A DNA stretch of 50,873 bases, filler included, from Chloroflexota bacterium (lineage in GTDB: Bacteria; Chloroflexota; Chloroflexia; QHBQ01), in assembly GCA_043754535.1 (NCBI GenBank). It is 3 parts of 3 records of this genome, joined end to end, with 100 filler letters (N's around TTAATTAATTAA, not from the genome) between each part and the next. Parts side by side here need not be neighbours in the genome. Positions count along the whole stretch, not along the records: positions 1 to 22,788 come from JAYUUN010000126.1; positions 22,889 to 29,913 come from JAYUUN010000129.1; 1 more part is not named here. The stretch is one strand, 5' to 3'. Position numbers and translations under genes: made by a program. The first letter of the stretch is position 1. Every line of letters begins with the position of its first letter. Of this stretch, positions 19,169 to 28,616 are shown one piece after another. The notes beneath the pieces were generated by a model that was not told where the DNA came from, did not search any database, and was given only the letters and a program-made list of their open reading frames with translations.

Positions 19169-21262
19169 ATGCCGAAGAAGCGTTCGCCGAACAAACAGGC
19201 CATCAGCCGCCCACAAGCCAGTGGGCGGCTAGCTGATCGGGGCGGTACACCCACCAGCAGCAACGGCCACCAACCAGCCAGTGGGCCTGTACCCAATCTG
19301 CTGCGGCAGCAGGCGGCAAGCGCAGTAGCGAACCTGGCCGCCAACCAACTACGGCGCGTGGCGGCAAGGGCGGTAGCGGGGGCTGCTGCCCAGCGGCTTA
19401 CTAGCGCGGCCCCCGCTACCGATAGTCAGACCACGATCAGCATCCCCCGCCGTAGCCTGCTGGTCGCAGTCAGCAGGCACCTGCTGGTACTGGCCGTCTT
19501 CCTCATCCTAAGCATCATCTTCACCTGGCCGGTGGGCGCAAAGTTTGCCACGGACGTACCAGGTGGCGGTGATGCCTGGCAGTACCTCTGGAACATCTGG
19601 TGGGTCAAGAAGTCACTGCTCGACCTGCATAGCGATCCCTTCTACACCAACTACCTATACTATCCAGGCGGGGTCACGCTGCTGTTCGACACCACTGTGA
19701 TCTTGGAGTGCATCGGCGCGCTCCCCGCCCTACTCTTGGGAGCCAGCCTGACGCAGGCATACAATGGGATCGTCCTTACTAGTTTCATCCTGGGGGGCTA
19801 TGGCACCTGGCTGTTGGTGCGCTATCTAACCGGCAGTGGGGTAGCCGCATTGGTGGCGGGCTTCGCCTTTGCCTTCTGCCCATTCCACATCGGTCGGATG
19901 CTAGGTCACATGAACCTGGTTTCGATCCAGTGGCTACCCTTCTACCTCTGGGCCTTGTTCCACGCAGCGGGCGCGCCGGGCAGCGAACTGGATCGCCACT
20001 TCAGTGGGCGGCGGTTGGCCTGGGCGGGGCTGGCGGGCGTGTTTCTGGCCGCCAACTTCTACACCGAGTTTACTTTCGCCATCTTCCTGCTGCTCTTTAC
20101 CGCTCTCTACGTCGGCTGGCGGGGGCTGGTAGACAACGACGGTGAGGCGGCCTGGCGGCGGCTGCTCAACCTGGGGGCGACGATGGTAGTGCTGGGGCTA
20201 GTCTTTGCTGCCCTGGTTGGCCCCCTGCTGCTACCGACGCTGAAGGCGCAGGAAGGGCAGGACTGGATGAAGCCTCCAGCGCAGGAGACGCTAGTCTACT
20301 CCTCCGACCTACTCGATTCGTTCATCCCCTCGGCCTTGCACCCGCTGCTGGGTGGCGCGGCCCAACAGTTGGAGCAGCGCATCCCCGAACGCAACCGCAC
20401 GGAGCGAGCCGCCTTCCTCGGTTACACCACCATCGGCGTAGCTTTGCTGGGGCTGCGGCGGCGCAAGGCACTGCTGTTCTGGCTGCTAACCGCTAGCTTC
20501 TTCTGGGTTCTTTCGCTCGGCCCTGTCCTACACCTAAACGGCTACAGCTACTTCTCTAAGTTTGAACGACAGGTGACGCTCCCCTACACTCTCCTCTATC
20601 AGTTCGTCCCTGGCTTCAACGTTATGCGAGTGCCAGCCCGATTCGTGGTGATCGCTAGCCTCGCCCTGGCAGTGCTGGTCGGTTATGCGCTGGCGAGACT
20701 TGGACAGTGGGCAGCCAGTCGCCCGCGCTTCCGCTGGCCCGCCCGCCTCACTTTTGCGTTCAGCTTTGCGCTGGTGGCGGGGATGATCATGTTTGAGTTC
20801 GCGGCGGTACCATTCCCCACTGTCACTGTACCAACAGCCAATGCTTTCTACCAACAGGTGAGTGCGGACAAGGAGCAGTACGCGATCCTTGAACTGCCGA
20901 TCCGCGACCTCTCCGACTACCTGCTCTTGCAGACTATGCACGGCAAGCCGATCATCTATGGCAAGCTGTCGCGCCAGCCACAAGACCCCTTCATTAGCAG
21001 CCGCCCACTGCTGCTCTACCTGCTGACCGACACTGGCCCGTACTGGCTGCCGCAGAAGGAAATCGCCCCCAGCCTGCTCGAGTTGCAGCAGCAGAACGTG
21101 CGCTATGCCGTCGTCCACTGGTGGGCCTTGACCCCCACCCAGGCTGCCGAGATGCGGGTCAAGCTGCACCGCATCTTTCCTAGTGGCCCGCTGGTAGATG
21201 ATAAAGCGAGCCAGATGACCGCCTATGAGATCGCCCCGCCAGCCCCAGAGGGAGCCAAATAA
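19169..21262 (+). CDS. GT-C fold membrane glycosyltransferase (YfhO-like)
   Basis: GDAWQYLWNIWW, YYPGGVTL, FAFCPFH, GHMNL...WLP, YSSDL, LSLGP, VPGFNVMRVPARF, ILELP, QTMHGKPIIYG. Many TM helices. Confidence 0.75.
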   Translation: MPKKRSPNKQAISRPQASGRLADRGGTPTSSNGHQPASGPVPNLLRQQAASAVANLAANQLRRVAARAVAGAAAQRLTSAAPATDSQTTISIPRRSLLVAVSRHLLVLAVFLILSIIFTWPVGAKFATDVPGGGDAWQYLWNIWWVKKSLLDLHSDPFYTNYLYYPGGVTLLFDTTVILECIGALPALLLGASLTQAYNGIVLTSFILGGYGTWLLVRYLTGSGVAALVAGFAFAFCPFHIGRMLGHMNLVSIQWLPFYLWALFHAAGAPGSELDRHFSGRRLAWAGLAGVFLAANFYTEFTFAIFLLLFTALYVGWRGLVDNDGEAAWRRLLNLGATMVVLGLVFAALVGPLLLPTLKAQEGQDWMKPPAQETLVYSSDLLDSFIPSALHPLLGGAAQQLEQRIPERNRTERAAFLGYTTIGVALLGLRRRKALLFWLLTASFFWVLSLGPVLHLNGYSYFSKFERQVTLPYTLLYQFVPGFNVMRVPARFVVIASLALAVLVGYALARLGQWAASRPRFRWPARLTFAFSFALVAGMIMFEFAAVPFPTVTVPTANAFYQQVSADKEQYAILELPIRDLSDYLLLQTMHGKPIIYGKLSRQPQDPFISSRPLLLYLLTDTGPYWLPQKEIAPSLLELQQQNVRYAVVHWWALTPTQAAEMRVKLHRIFPSGPLVDDKASQMTAYEIAPPAPEGAK

Positions 21263-21392
21263 GAGAACCAGAGGCGCATGGCCCCTGGCTCGTCGTTGCT
21301 GAGTGTAGCTGGCTGTTAGTTGGTCACCAGGGTGCTGAGAGCCATGTCAAGCTGTAGCCAGCCTGGACAACCATCTCCTCCTACCATATTAC

Positions 21393-21758
21393 TTAGTCGA
21401 TCAGGATGATGACGACTATATCTACAGCCGAGCCATTCTGGTTAATCGCCATGTCATAGTTGCGGCCAGCCTGCACAGCCATATCAGCCACGACCCAAGC
21501 ATCACTACCAGTGGAGCGAGCGGTGAAGTGGGTGGTGCGACTACCGTAGATAGCCATGTTGAGGGCCATGTCGGTAGAGCTATGAGCGGCAACGGTGGCA
21601 AGCTGGTTGCCATTAGCATAAATACGGATTGCCATGTCGGTGTTGTTCCGCAGGGCCATGTTTGCGCCTGAGCCAGCCGCCTGTGCGCTGCCGCCGAGGG
21701 TAACAGTGAGCATCAGCACGAGGGCCAAGCCACCAAGTAGAGCAGTAACCTTTCGCAT
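21393..21758 (-). CDS. Small secreted beta-rich protein (DUF4397-like single module), Met-rich
   Basis: Signal peptide MRKVTALLGG...SAQA, GAGGTGG RBS, and six (D/N)MA(L/I/V) motifs. Confidence 0.75.
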   Translation of the reverse strand: MRKVTALLGGLALVLMLTVTLGGSAQAAGSGANMALRNNTDMAIRIYANGNQLATVAAHSSTDMALNMAIYGSRTTHFTARSTGSDAWVVADMAVQAGRNYDMAINQNGSAVDIVVIILID

Positions 21759-21828
21759 CGTCCACCTCTTTGCGTGTAGTCGCAGCCAGCCCGAACCACG
21801 TTGGTCGGGCATCCTGCGCTGTGGTTGC

Positions 21829-21857
21829 AGTATAGCATTGTCAGTTGTAACGCGCAA
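21829..21857 (-). promoter_or_regulatory. Sigma70-type promoter
   Basis: Minus strand TTGCGC-17 nt-TATACT with TG extension. Confidence 0.65.
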
Positions 21858-21936
21858 TTGGCTAACCTTCCTATACCGCCTGGTACAATAGTACTACGAT
21901 TCTTTGCGAATTGGCATAGGGTGGCAATCAGCAAGC

Positions 21937-21967
21937 AAAAGGGAGTGTGCTGGTTAGCACACTCCCT
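21937..21967 (-). terminator. Intrinsic terminator after the DUF4397 gene
   Basis: Perfect 12-bp stem AGGGAGTGTGCT/AGCACACTCCCT, 4-nt loop, U-tract on the minus strand. Confidence 0.85.
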
Positions 21968-22003
21968 CTTGTAGTTGGCCGCTTCGCAGCGGGCTAGTGG
22001 TGG

Positions 22004-22788
22004 TTACTTGTTGTTGACGCGGACGCGGGCCAGTTGGCGCACACCGAAGCCAGCAGACAGGGCAACCAGGGCGAGGAACAGGATGAGGAGGATGCTGATG
22101 TTGTCAGCTGCACCAGTGACAGGCATACCAGGCATGGTACCACCCATCGCGGCGGTCGGGGTCATCATCATGCCGCCACCCATCGCGGCGGTCGGGGTCA
22201 TCATCATACCACCGTCCATTGCAGCGGTCGGGGAGGCCATCATCGTGCTACCCGCCATTGCGCTGTCCACGATGGGCAGGATGTCGAAGGCAGTGTTGCC
22301 GGTCGCCCCGACCTTGCCGATTGCCACAAAGTTGTAAATCTTGCCAGCCTCAACCGAGGTGCTGACCGTCTTGACCGCAGCGGTGGTGCCAGTGGCCCGC
22401 ACTTCTGCGTTCACGGCCATTGCGTCCACCGTCAGGTAGTCGCTAGCACCAGGGAAGGCCAGGTTCTTGGCGAGGAAGGTTGCGCCGTTGGCTACCACGT
22501 CCACGTTGGGCGCGCCGCTGCTGGCGTGGGTGATGCGGACGCGAGCCTTGCCAGCTGGGAGCGGGCTGAGGTCGTCAACGGTCAGCAGCAGGCTGAGGTT
22601 CTTCTCGGCTACGGTACCAACCGCGAACACGGTGTAGTGCTTGCCGCCTTCGAGCTTCACGCCGTCAGCGGTGATCACTGCATCAGCAGCAGTCTTGCCA
22701 GCAGCCGAAACCTGGAACTTGTGGGTGCCAGCAGGCACAGCCATCAGTTCGGAGATACCCTTGTACTTAAAGTTGTCGAGGGTCTTGC
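22004..22788 (-). CDS. DUF4397-domain surface protein with sortase-type anchor, 5'-truncated at contig end
   Basis: ARVRITHASSGAPNVDV, YTVFAVG, LAFPGASDYLTV. C-terminal MPVTG + TM helix + basic tail. Confidence 0.85.
22141..22248 (-). repeat. 36-bp tandem repeat x3 (Met-rich linker GMMMTPTAAMGG)
   Basis: CACCCATCGCGGCGGTCGGGGTCATCATCAT at 22141 and 22177, degenerate third copy at 22213. Confidence 0.9.
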
Positions 22789-22888
22789 NNNNNNNNNNNN
22801 NNNNNNNNNNNNNNNNNNNNNNNNNNNNNNNNTTAATTAATTAANNNNNNNNNNNNNNNNNNNNNNNNNNNNNNNNNNNNNNNNNNNN
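22789..22888. other. Artificial contig linker
   Basis: 44 N + TTAATTAATTAA (stops in all six frames) + 44 N. Confidence 0.98.
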
Positions 22889-22904
22889 CAACAGCAAGAG
22901 CAAG

Positions 22905-22950
22905 AACCCCTCCCTAATCCGTGTCAGGCGCGGCTGGGGGAGGGTTTTTT
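22905..22950 (+). terminator. Intrinsic terminator of an unseen upstream gene
   Basis: AACCCCTCCC...GGGGGAGGGTTTTTT, with inner CCGTGTC/GGCGCGG stem. Confidence 0.75.
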
Positions 22951-22961
22951 GCTTGCTATTT

Positions 22962-22970
22962 TGGTATAAT
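22962..22970 (+). promoter_or_regulatory. Extended -10 promoter for hisB-hisD
   Basis: TGGTATAAT about 90 nt upstream of hisB. Confidence 0.6.
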
Positions 22971-23060
22971 CCTCTAGCCACCAGCCAGCGTCGCGTCGGA
23001 GCGCGAGCAGCCAGTGACCATTACTACTCTGTAGTCACAAACTGACCAAAGGGGCTTGCG

Positions 23061-23684
23061 ATGGACAATAGTCAGCGGCGCGCCAGCGCGGAGCGCACCA
23101 CCAAAGAGAGCCAGGTCAGCGTTGAGATCAACATTGACGGCACTGGCGTGGCCGACGTGCAGAGCGGCTGCGGCTTCCTCGACCATATGCTCGATGCGCT
23201 GGCGAAGCATGGCCTGTTCGACCTGACGGTGCGGGCCACTGGCGACTATCATATTGACGAACACCATACGGTGGAGGATACCGCCATCGTCCTCGGTCGT
23301 GCCTTCAACCAGGCACTGGGCGACAAGCGCGGCATCAACCGCATGGGCGACGCAACCGTACCGCTTGACGAAGCCCTCGCCCAGGTCGTGGTAGACATCG
23401 GCGGGCGCGGCTACAGCGATATCCGTGCCAGGTTCAGCAACCCGAAGGTGGGTGACCTCAGCACCGACTTGATCTGGCACTTCCTCGACAGCTTTGCGAA
23501 GGAGGCGCGCCTCAACCTACACGTGCGCCTGCTGCGGGGCCGCAACGACCACCACCGTGCCGAGGCGATCTTCAAAGCCCTCGCTCGCGCCCTCTACCAG
23601 GCCGTCACTATTGACCCCCGCCGCGCCAGCGTCTTGCCCAGCACGAAGGGGAGCATAGACAAGGTGTTAGGCACGTGGCTCTAG
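23061..23684 (+). CDS. hisB: Imidazoleglycerol-phosphate dehydratase
   Basis: RTTKES, GFLDHML, DEHHTVED, GDKRGINRMG, PLDEAL, NDHHRAEAIFKA, PSTKG. Confidence 0.98.
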   Translation: MDNSQRRASAERTTKESQVSVEINIDGTGVADVQSGCGFLDHMLDALAKHGLFDLTVRATGDYHIDEHHTVEDTAIVLGRAFNQALGDKRGINRMGDATVPLDEALAQVVVDIGGRGYSDIRARFSNPKVGDLSTDLIWHFLDSFAKEARLNLHVRLLRGRNDHHRAEAIFKALARALYQAVTIDPRRASVLPSTKGSIDKVLGTWL

Positions 23685-23763
23685 CAGCCTGCGCTGCGAC
23701 CTCTCACCCAAGCCTCTCCCCTTTGCGGCAGAGGGCAAAGAAGAACAGGAGACTCGCTACTCT

Positions 23764-25056
23764 ATGTTGACTAGCCACCTCAATCAACTGACCGCCGAGC
23801 AACGTAGCCGCATCATGCGGCGGGCCGAGAGCGACACCGAACGGGTGCGCGGTGTGGTGCGCGAGATACTTGACCGGGTGCGGGCTGAAGGTGACGCAGC
23901 CCTACGCGACTACACCCGCCGCTTCGACGGCGTGGAGGTGCAAGACTTGCGGGTGAGCGAAGCCGAGGTCGAGCGCGCCTACGCCAGCGTTAGTCCAGCG
24001 TTCCTGCACGGTCTGCGCCAGGCCGCCACCAACATCACCACCTTCCACCAGGCCCAGCTTGAGGGCCAGCACGTGGTCGAGACCGCGCCCGGCATCCACA
24101 TCTGGCGGGTGCGGCGGGCAATCGAGCGCGTCGGCCTTTACGTCCCCGGTGGGCGCAAAATCTACCCCTCGTCCGTGCTGATGGCGGGTATCCCTGCGCG
24201 GTTGGTAGGCTGCAAGCTGCGTGTGATGTGCGCCCCCCCCGCACCTGATGGCAGCCTGCCTGCCCCCACCCTCGTCGCGGCGAAGGAGGCTGGCATCGAA
24301 CACATCTACAAGGTAGGCGGAGCGCAGGCTATCGCCGCAATGGCTTATGGCACCGAGACGATCCCCGCCGTCTACAAGGTGTTCGGCGCGGGCAACCTCT
24401 ACGTTGCCGTCGCCAAGCTGCTAGTACGCGACGCAGGGGTAGAGCTTGATATGCCCGCTGGCCCCAGTGAGGTGCTGATCATCGCTGACGGCACGGCTGA
24501 CCCACGCTTCGTCGCCGCCGATCTCATGTCGCAGGCCGAGCATGGTGAGGAGTCGGCGGGCGTGCTGCTAACCACCTCGCCAGAGTTGGCCGCGCAGGTG
24601 GCCGCTGAGGTCGAACGCCAACTGGTGGGCCTGGCGACCGCCCCGACCATCCGCAAGGCACTGGACAGCTACGGCGCGATCCTCGTCTGCACCGACGTGC
24701 CAGAGGCGATAGCGTTCGCCAACGAGTACGCCCCCGAACACCTGGAGATCATCCTTGCAGGGGATGGCAACCATCTTGCGCTGGAGCAAGTGACGAATGC
24801 GGGGGCAGTCTTCCTCGGCCCCTACGCCCCCGAACCAGCGGGCGACTATGCCAGCGGCAGCAACCACGTGCTACCGACGGGTGGGGCAGCCCGCCTCTAC
24901 AGCGGCCTCTCAGTAGACAGCTTCAGCCGCATGGTCGAGGTGCAGGAGCTAACCCGCGACGGTCTCGCCAGCATCCGCGCCAGCATAGATGTGCTGGCGA
25001 CCACCGAAGGTTTGCCAGCCCACCGCAACGCCGTCGAGGTGCGCTTCGATGGTTGA
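23764..25056 (+). CDS. hisD: Histidinol dehydrogenase
   Basis: VGLYVPGG, GGAQAIAAMAYGTE, DMPAGPSE, SQAEHG, YAPEHLE, GDYASGSNHVLPT, EGLPAH. Confidence 0.98.
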   Translation: MLTSHLNQLTAEQRSRIMRRAESDTERVRGVVREILDRVRAEGDAALRDYTRRFDGVEVQDLRVSEAEVERAYASVSPAFLHGLRQAATNITTFHQAQLEGQHVVETAPGIHIWRVRRAIERVGLYVPGGRKIYPSSVLMAGIPARLVGCKLRVMCAPPAPDGSLPAPTLVAAKEAGIEHIYKVGGAQAIAAMAYGTETIPAVYKVFGAGNLYVAVAKLLVRDAGVELDMPAGPSEVLIIADGTADPRFVAADLMSQAEHGEESAGVLLTTSPELAAQVAAEVERQLVGLATAPTIRKALDSYGAILVCTDVPEAIAFANEYAPEHLEIILAGDGNHLALEQVTNAGAVFLGPYAPEPAGDYASGSNHVLPTGGAARLYSGLSVDSFSRMVEVQELTRDGLASIRASIDVLATTEGLPAHRNAVEVRFDG

Positions 25057-25186
25057 GCCACCACCTTGCACGCGGGTGTATTACCTGTCTTGGCGCACCG
25101 CTGGGTGATACAGTGCCGTTACGAGCAGATGGCCCACACTCAGGTGTTGTTGCGTTTAGTGGTCAGCACTTTGGTATAATAGAGGT

Positions 25187-25318
25187 ATGGCTGGTACCAG
25201 CAACCTTGTCGGTGCGCTGCTAGTTGCAGCCGGGCAGCTTGCCAGCCTCAAATACCCGTGTGTTGTGCTGCTACTTTGGCAGCCAAAAGCGCACGCTAGT
25301 CGTAGTGGAGGTTTGTGA
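25187..25318 (+). CDS. Candidate leaderless 43-aa small protein
   Basis: TGGTATAAT 6 nt before ATG 25187. ORF MAGTSNLVGALLVAAGQLASLKYPCVVLLLWQPKAHASRSGGL ends in a TGATG overlap with the next start. Confidence 0.35.
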   Translation: MAGTSNLVGALLVAAGQLASLKYPCVVLLLWQPKAHASRSGGL

Positions 25319-26049
25319 TGTTTTTTGCTCCCATGCGCGGGGTGATAGACCGCCGCATCCTTGTCAACTACCAGGTTGACCCCGCTGTACTCAGCGCACT
25401 TCTGCCAGCCCCCTTCCGCCCGAAGTTGGTGCAGGGCAAGGGCATTGCGGGCATCTGCCTGATCCGCCTGGCCCACCTGCGGCCACGTGGCCTACCGGCC
25501 TTTGTTGGCTTGCGCTCGGAGAACGCAGCCCACCGCATTGCAGTCGAGTGGGAGGAACAGGGCCAGCTACGCGAAGGGGTCTACATCCCCCGCCGCGACA
25601 GTGCCTCGCGGCTGAACGTCTTGCTCGGTGGCCGCCTGGTGCCTGGTCTCCAGCAGCACGCCCGCTTCCAGGCAATCGAGAAGAAGCAGCATCTCTATGT
25701 GGCGGTAGACAGCGACGACCAACAGACTCACGTCGTAGTCGAGGGCGATGTGGCAGAGTCGCTGCCCGCCAACTCGGTCTTCCAGAACGTAGCCGAAGCC
25801 TCGGCCTTCTTTGAACACGGCTCTATTGGCTACTCGCCCGCCCAGGGTGGCGGCCTGATCCAGGGCATTCGGCTGCACGCCTTTAACTGGCAAGTGGTGC
25901 CGCTGACGATCCAACAGGTGCAGTCTAGCTTCTTCGACAACCGCCAGCAGTTTCCAGCTGGCAGCTGCACCTTCGACTGTGCGCTGCTGATGCGGGGGGT
26001 TGAACACGCCTGGTACGCAGCACAAACGCCACAGTTGGCCGCTGTTTAG
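25318..26049 (+). CDS. DUF2071 (YqjF-like) family protein
   Basis: IDRRILVNYQVDP..L..LLP.PF.P, AGICLIRL..LRP, SENAAHRIAVEW, FDCALLMR. GGAGG RBS. Confidence 0.8.
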   Translation: MFFAPMRGVIDRRILVNYQVDPAVLSALLPAPFRPKLVQGKGIAGICLIRLAHLRPRGLPAFVGLRSENAAHRIAVEWEEQGQLREGVYIPRRDSASRLNVLLGGRLVPGLQQHARFQAIEKKQHLYVAVDSDDQQTHVVVEGDVAESLPANSVFQNVAEASAFFEHGSIGYSPAQGGGLIQGIRLHAFNWQVVPLTIQQVQSSFFDNRQQFPAGSCTFDCALLMRGVEHAWYAAQTPQLAAV

Positions 26050-26124
26050 CCATCGGCAATTGTTGTAGGATGGTTCTTCCTGGGCAGAGATTTGTTACAC
26101 GGTGACAGCGGTGGGGGGACAGGC

Positions 26125-27207
26125 ATGAAGCTGGTAACTTACACCATCCGTAGGCTGGGTGGCTATGGACGCGACGACCGCTTTGGCGCGCTGGTCAACA
26201 TCGGGGGAGAGGAGAGGGTGGTTAGCCTGCCCGACTTGCACCGCTGGGCGCAGCGCAACCTCGCCCCCAGCGATATGCACCATCGCCAGATCAGCAACTT
26301 CGCCCCCAGCAACAGCCTGCTGGGGACCCTGGATCGCGGCTATGGCGCAACCGTGTTCGGCGAACCTGACCTGATCCCAACCTTCGACCCCCTGGCTGAG
26401 GTGCGCGCCCTGCTCACCCTACTGGCTGACCTGGCCGACGACGACAAGGAGCGAGCCTGGCAACTCACGATTGACCGTGGTCGCGCTACCCTCCTGCCTC
26501 CACTCCCGCGCCCACGCAGCCTGCGGGACTTCTACGCCTTCCGCGCTCACGTGGAGACAGCCCGCCGCAATCGGGGCTTGCCGATGATCGAGGAGTGGTT
26601 TCAGGCTCCCGCCTTCTACTTCAGCAATCACCAGGCGGTGATAGCTAGCTCCGTTCCCCTGCGGATGCCGCAGACCAGTGCGCTTGACTACGAGCTAGAG
26701 GTTGCCTGCGTAGTTGGCAGGCCGGGCCGCAACCTTACGGCTGAGGAAGCTGGCGGCTACATCGCGGGCTACATGATCATGAACGACTGGTCGGCACGGG
26801 ACGTGCAGCAGGTAGAGATGAAGGTTGGTCTCGGCCCAGCGAAGGCGAAGGACTTTGCCACCACGCTCGGCCCTGCGCTCGTCACCGCCGACGAACTAGC
26901 CGACCGCAGTAGTGGAGTGGGCGCAGAAGAACGGTACGACCTCGCCATGACCGCGAAGGTGAACGGTGAACTGCGTAGCTCAGGCAATATGCGCGACATC
27001 CACTTCTCCTTCAGCCAGCTACTCGCCCACGCTAGCCGCGACGTGTGGCTCTACCCCGGTGACGTGATCGCCAGCGGTACGGTCGGCAGCGGCTGCCTGC
27101 TCGAACTGACTGCTGGGCGCGGCCCCTGGCTACAAGCGGGAGATGTGGTAGAATTGGAGATAGAACGCCTCGGCGTTATCACTAACCCAGTGGTCGGCAA
27201 CGAGTGA
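26125..27207 (+). CDS. Fumarylacetoacetate hydrolase family protein (hmgA-linked)
   Basis: SLRDFYAFRAHV, PAFYFSN, LDYELEVA, NDWSARDVQ..EM..GLGPAKAKDF, PGDVIASGTVGSGC. Confidence 0.93.
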   Translation: MKLVTYTIRRLGGYGRDDRFGALVNIGGEERVVSLPDLHRWAQRNLAPSDMHHRQISNFAPSNSLLGTLDRGYGATVFGEPDLIPTFDPLAEVRALLTLLADLADDDKERAWQLTIDRGRATLLPPLPRPRSLRDFYAFRAHVETARRNRGLPMIEEWFQAPAFYFSNHQAVIASSVPLRMPQTSALDYELEVACVVGRPGRNLTAEEAGGYIAGYMIMNDWSARDVQQVEMKVGLGPAKAKDFATTLGPALVTADELADRSSGVGAEERYDLAMTAKVNGELRSSGNMRDIHFSFSQLLAHASRDVWLYPGDVIASGTVGSGCLLELTAGRGPWLQAGDVVELEIERLGVITNPVVGNE

Positions 27208-27282
27208 GCAGCAGCGGACGGCATATACCGGGCTTGCTACATAATGCACGATGTTGACCACGCCACCAGAAAGGAGTCGCCA

Positions 27283-28482
27283 ATGCCTCCCTACATGAAG
27301 ATGGGGCAGGTTCCGCATAAGCGGCACACGATCTTCCGCCGCCCCGACGGCAAGCTCTACACCGAGGAGCTTTTCGGGGTTGAGGGCTTCAGCGGGATTG
27401 CCAGCCTGCTCTACCACTACAACCCACCAGTGAGAGCGACTAAAATCCGCCCCTGCCCAGAGATGACCACAGCCCTGACCCCCGTCGCGGTGCCAGAGGA
27501 GGTGCAACGCCATCATCACCTCAAAACATTGAACGTGCCACAAGGTGGCAACCCGATCACCGCTCGCCGCATCCTGATGTTCAACAACGATGTGCGGATT
27601 GCGGTCGCTCGCCCCACCGAGGTGATGCCCTACTTCTATCGTAACTCGCAGGCTGACGAGATGTACTTTATTCACGAGGGGCGCGGCACATTCCTCACCA
27701 ACTTCGGTACCCTCCCCTACGAGGAGGGCGACTACGTGATCCTACCACACGGCACTACTTACCAGGTGGAGATGGATGGCGCGGCCAGCCCCAATGGGCA
27801 ACGCTGGCTGGTAACAGAGGCTAGCGGGCGCATCGAGGTGCCGAAACGCTACCGCAACGAGTACGGCCAACTGCTGGAACACTCCCCCTTCTGCGAACGC
27901 GACCTGAGCGGCCCGACCGAGCTACCCAGCGTCGCTGAGGAGCCAGTGGAGGAGCGCGAGTACGAGGTCGTCGTCCGTGCTGGCGGCCTTGTTACCGCCT
28001 ACTTCTACCAGACCCATCCCTTCGATGTGGCGGGTTGGGACGGCTACCTCTACCCCTGGAAGTTCAACATCCGCGACTTTGAGCCGATCACCGGGCGCAT
28101 CCACCAGCCACCGACGGTGCATCAGACTTTCCAGGGGCCAAACTTCGTCGTCTGCTCCTTCGTTCCGCGCAAGTTCGACTACCACCCAGAGGGTATCCCT
28201 GCGCCCTACAACCACAGCAATATTGACAGTGAGGAGATGATCTACTACGTCAACGGCAACTTCATGAGCCGCAAGGGGATCGAACTAGGCAGCATCACCA
28301 TGCACCCGCACGGCATCCCGCACGGCCCCACGCCAGGCGCAGCTGAAGGTAGCATCGGCAAGGAAGCGACGGAGGAGTTGGCAGTGATGATCGACACCTT
28401 CCATCCCCTGCACTACACCGCCGCCGCCCTGGAGCTAGACGACCCCAGCTATCCCTTTAGCTGGTACGAGCAGAGCAAGTAA
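27283..28482 (+). CDS. hmgA: Homogentisate 1,2-dioxygenase
   Basis: PHKRHT, EELFGVEGF, HPFDVAGWDG, IHQPPTVHQTF, iron-ligand motifs PYNHSNIDSEE and HPHGIPHGP. AAGGAG RBS. Confidence 0.95.
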   Translation: MPPYMKMGQVPHKRHTIFRRPDGKLYTEELFGVEGFSGIASLLYHYNPPVRATKIRPCPEMTTALTPVAVPEEVQRHHHLKTLNVPQGGNPITARRILMFNNDVRIAVARPTEVMPYFYRNSQADEMYFIHEGRGTFLTNFGTLPYEEGDYVILPHGTTYQVEMDGAASPNGQRWLVTEASGRIEVPKRYRNEYGQLLEHSPFCERDLSGPTELPSVAEEPVEEREYEVVVRAGGLVTAYFYQTHPFDVAGWDGYLYPWKFNIRDFEPITGRIHQPPTVHQTFQGPNFVVCSFVPRKFDYHPEGIPAPYNHSNIDSEEMIYYVNGNFMSRKGIELGSITMHPHGIPHGPTPGAAEGSIGKEATEELAVMIDTFHPLHYTAAALELDDPSYPFSWYEQSK

Positions 28483-28559
28483 GCTGTGGTGCAAGGGGGC
28501 GGTCTTGTCCGGCCACCCCACCGCTGGCTGCACTGCGAAGCGGGTGGCGCAGCCTGGCT

Positions 28560-28588
28560 TTGACGCAATCGCCGCGATAGGGTAAAAT
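28560..28588 (+). promoter_or_regulatory. Sigma70-type promoter, likely driving the glycan operon
   Basis: TTGACG-17 nt-TAAAAT, 28 nt upstream of ATG 28617. Confidence 0.7.
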
Positions 28589-28616
28589 AGGCGGGCGGCG
28601 CATAACAAGCGAGAGG

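Noticed and set aside
22141..22248. 36-bp repeats as a CRISPR array
   Set aside because: Head-to-tail with no spacers and in frame within a protein linker.
22977..23060. His attenuator or riboswitch in the hisB leader
   Set aside because: Two small hairpins and a 6-codon ORF (GTG ACC ATT ACT ACT CTG TAG) are present, but there are no His codons, no T-box motif and no terminator downstream of the promoter.
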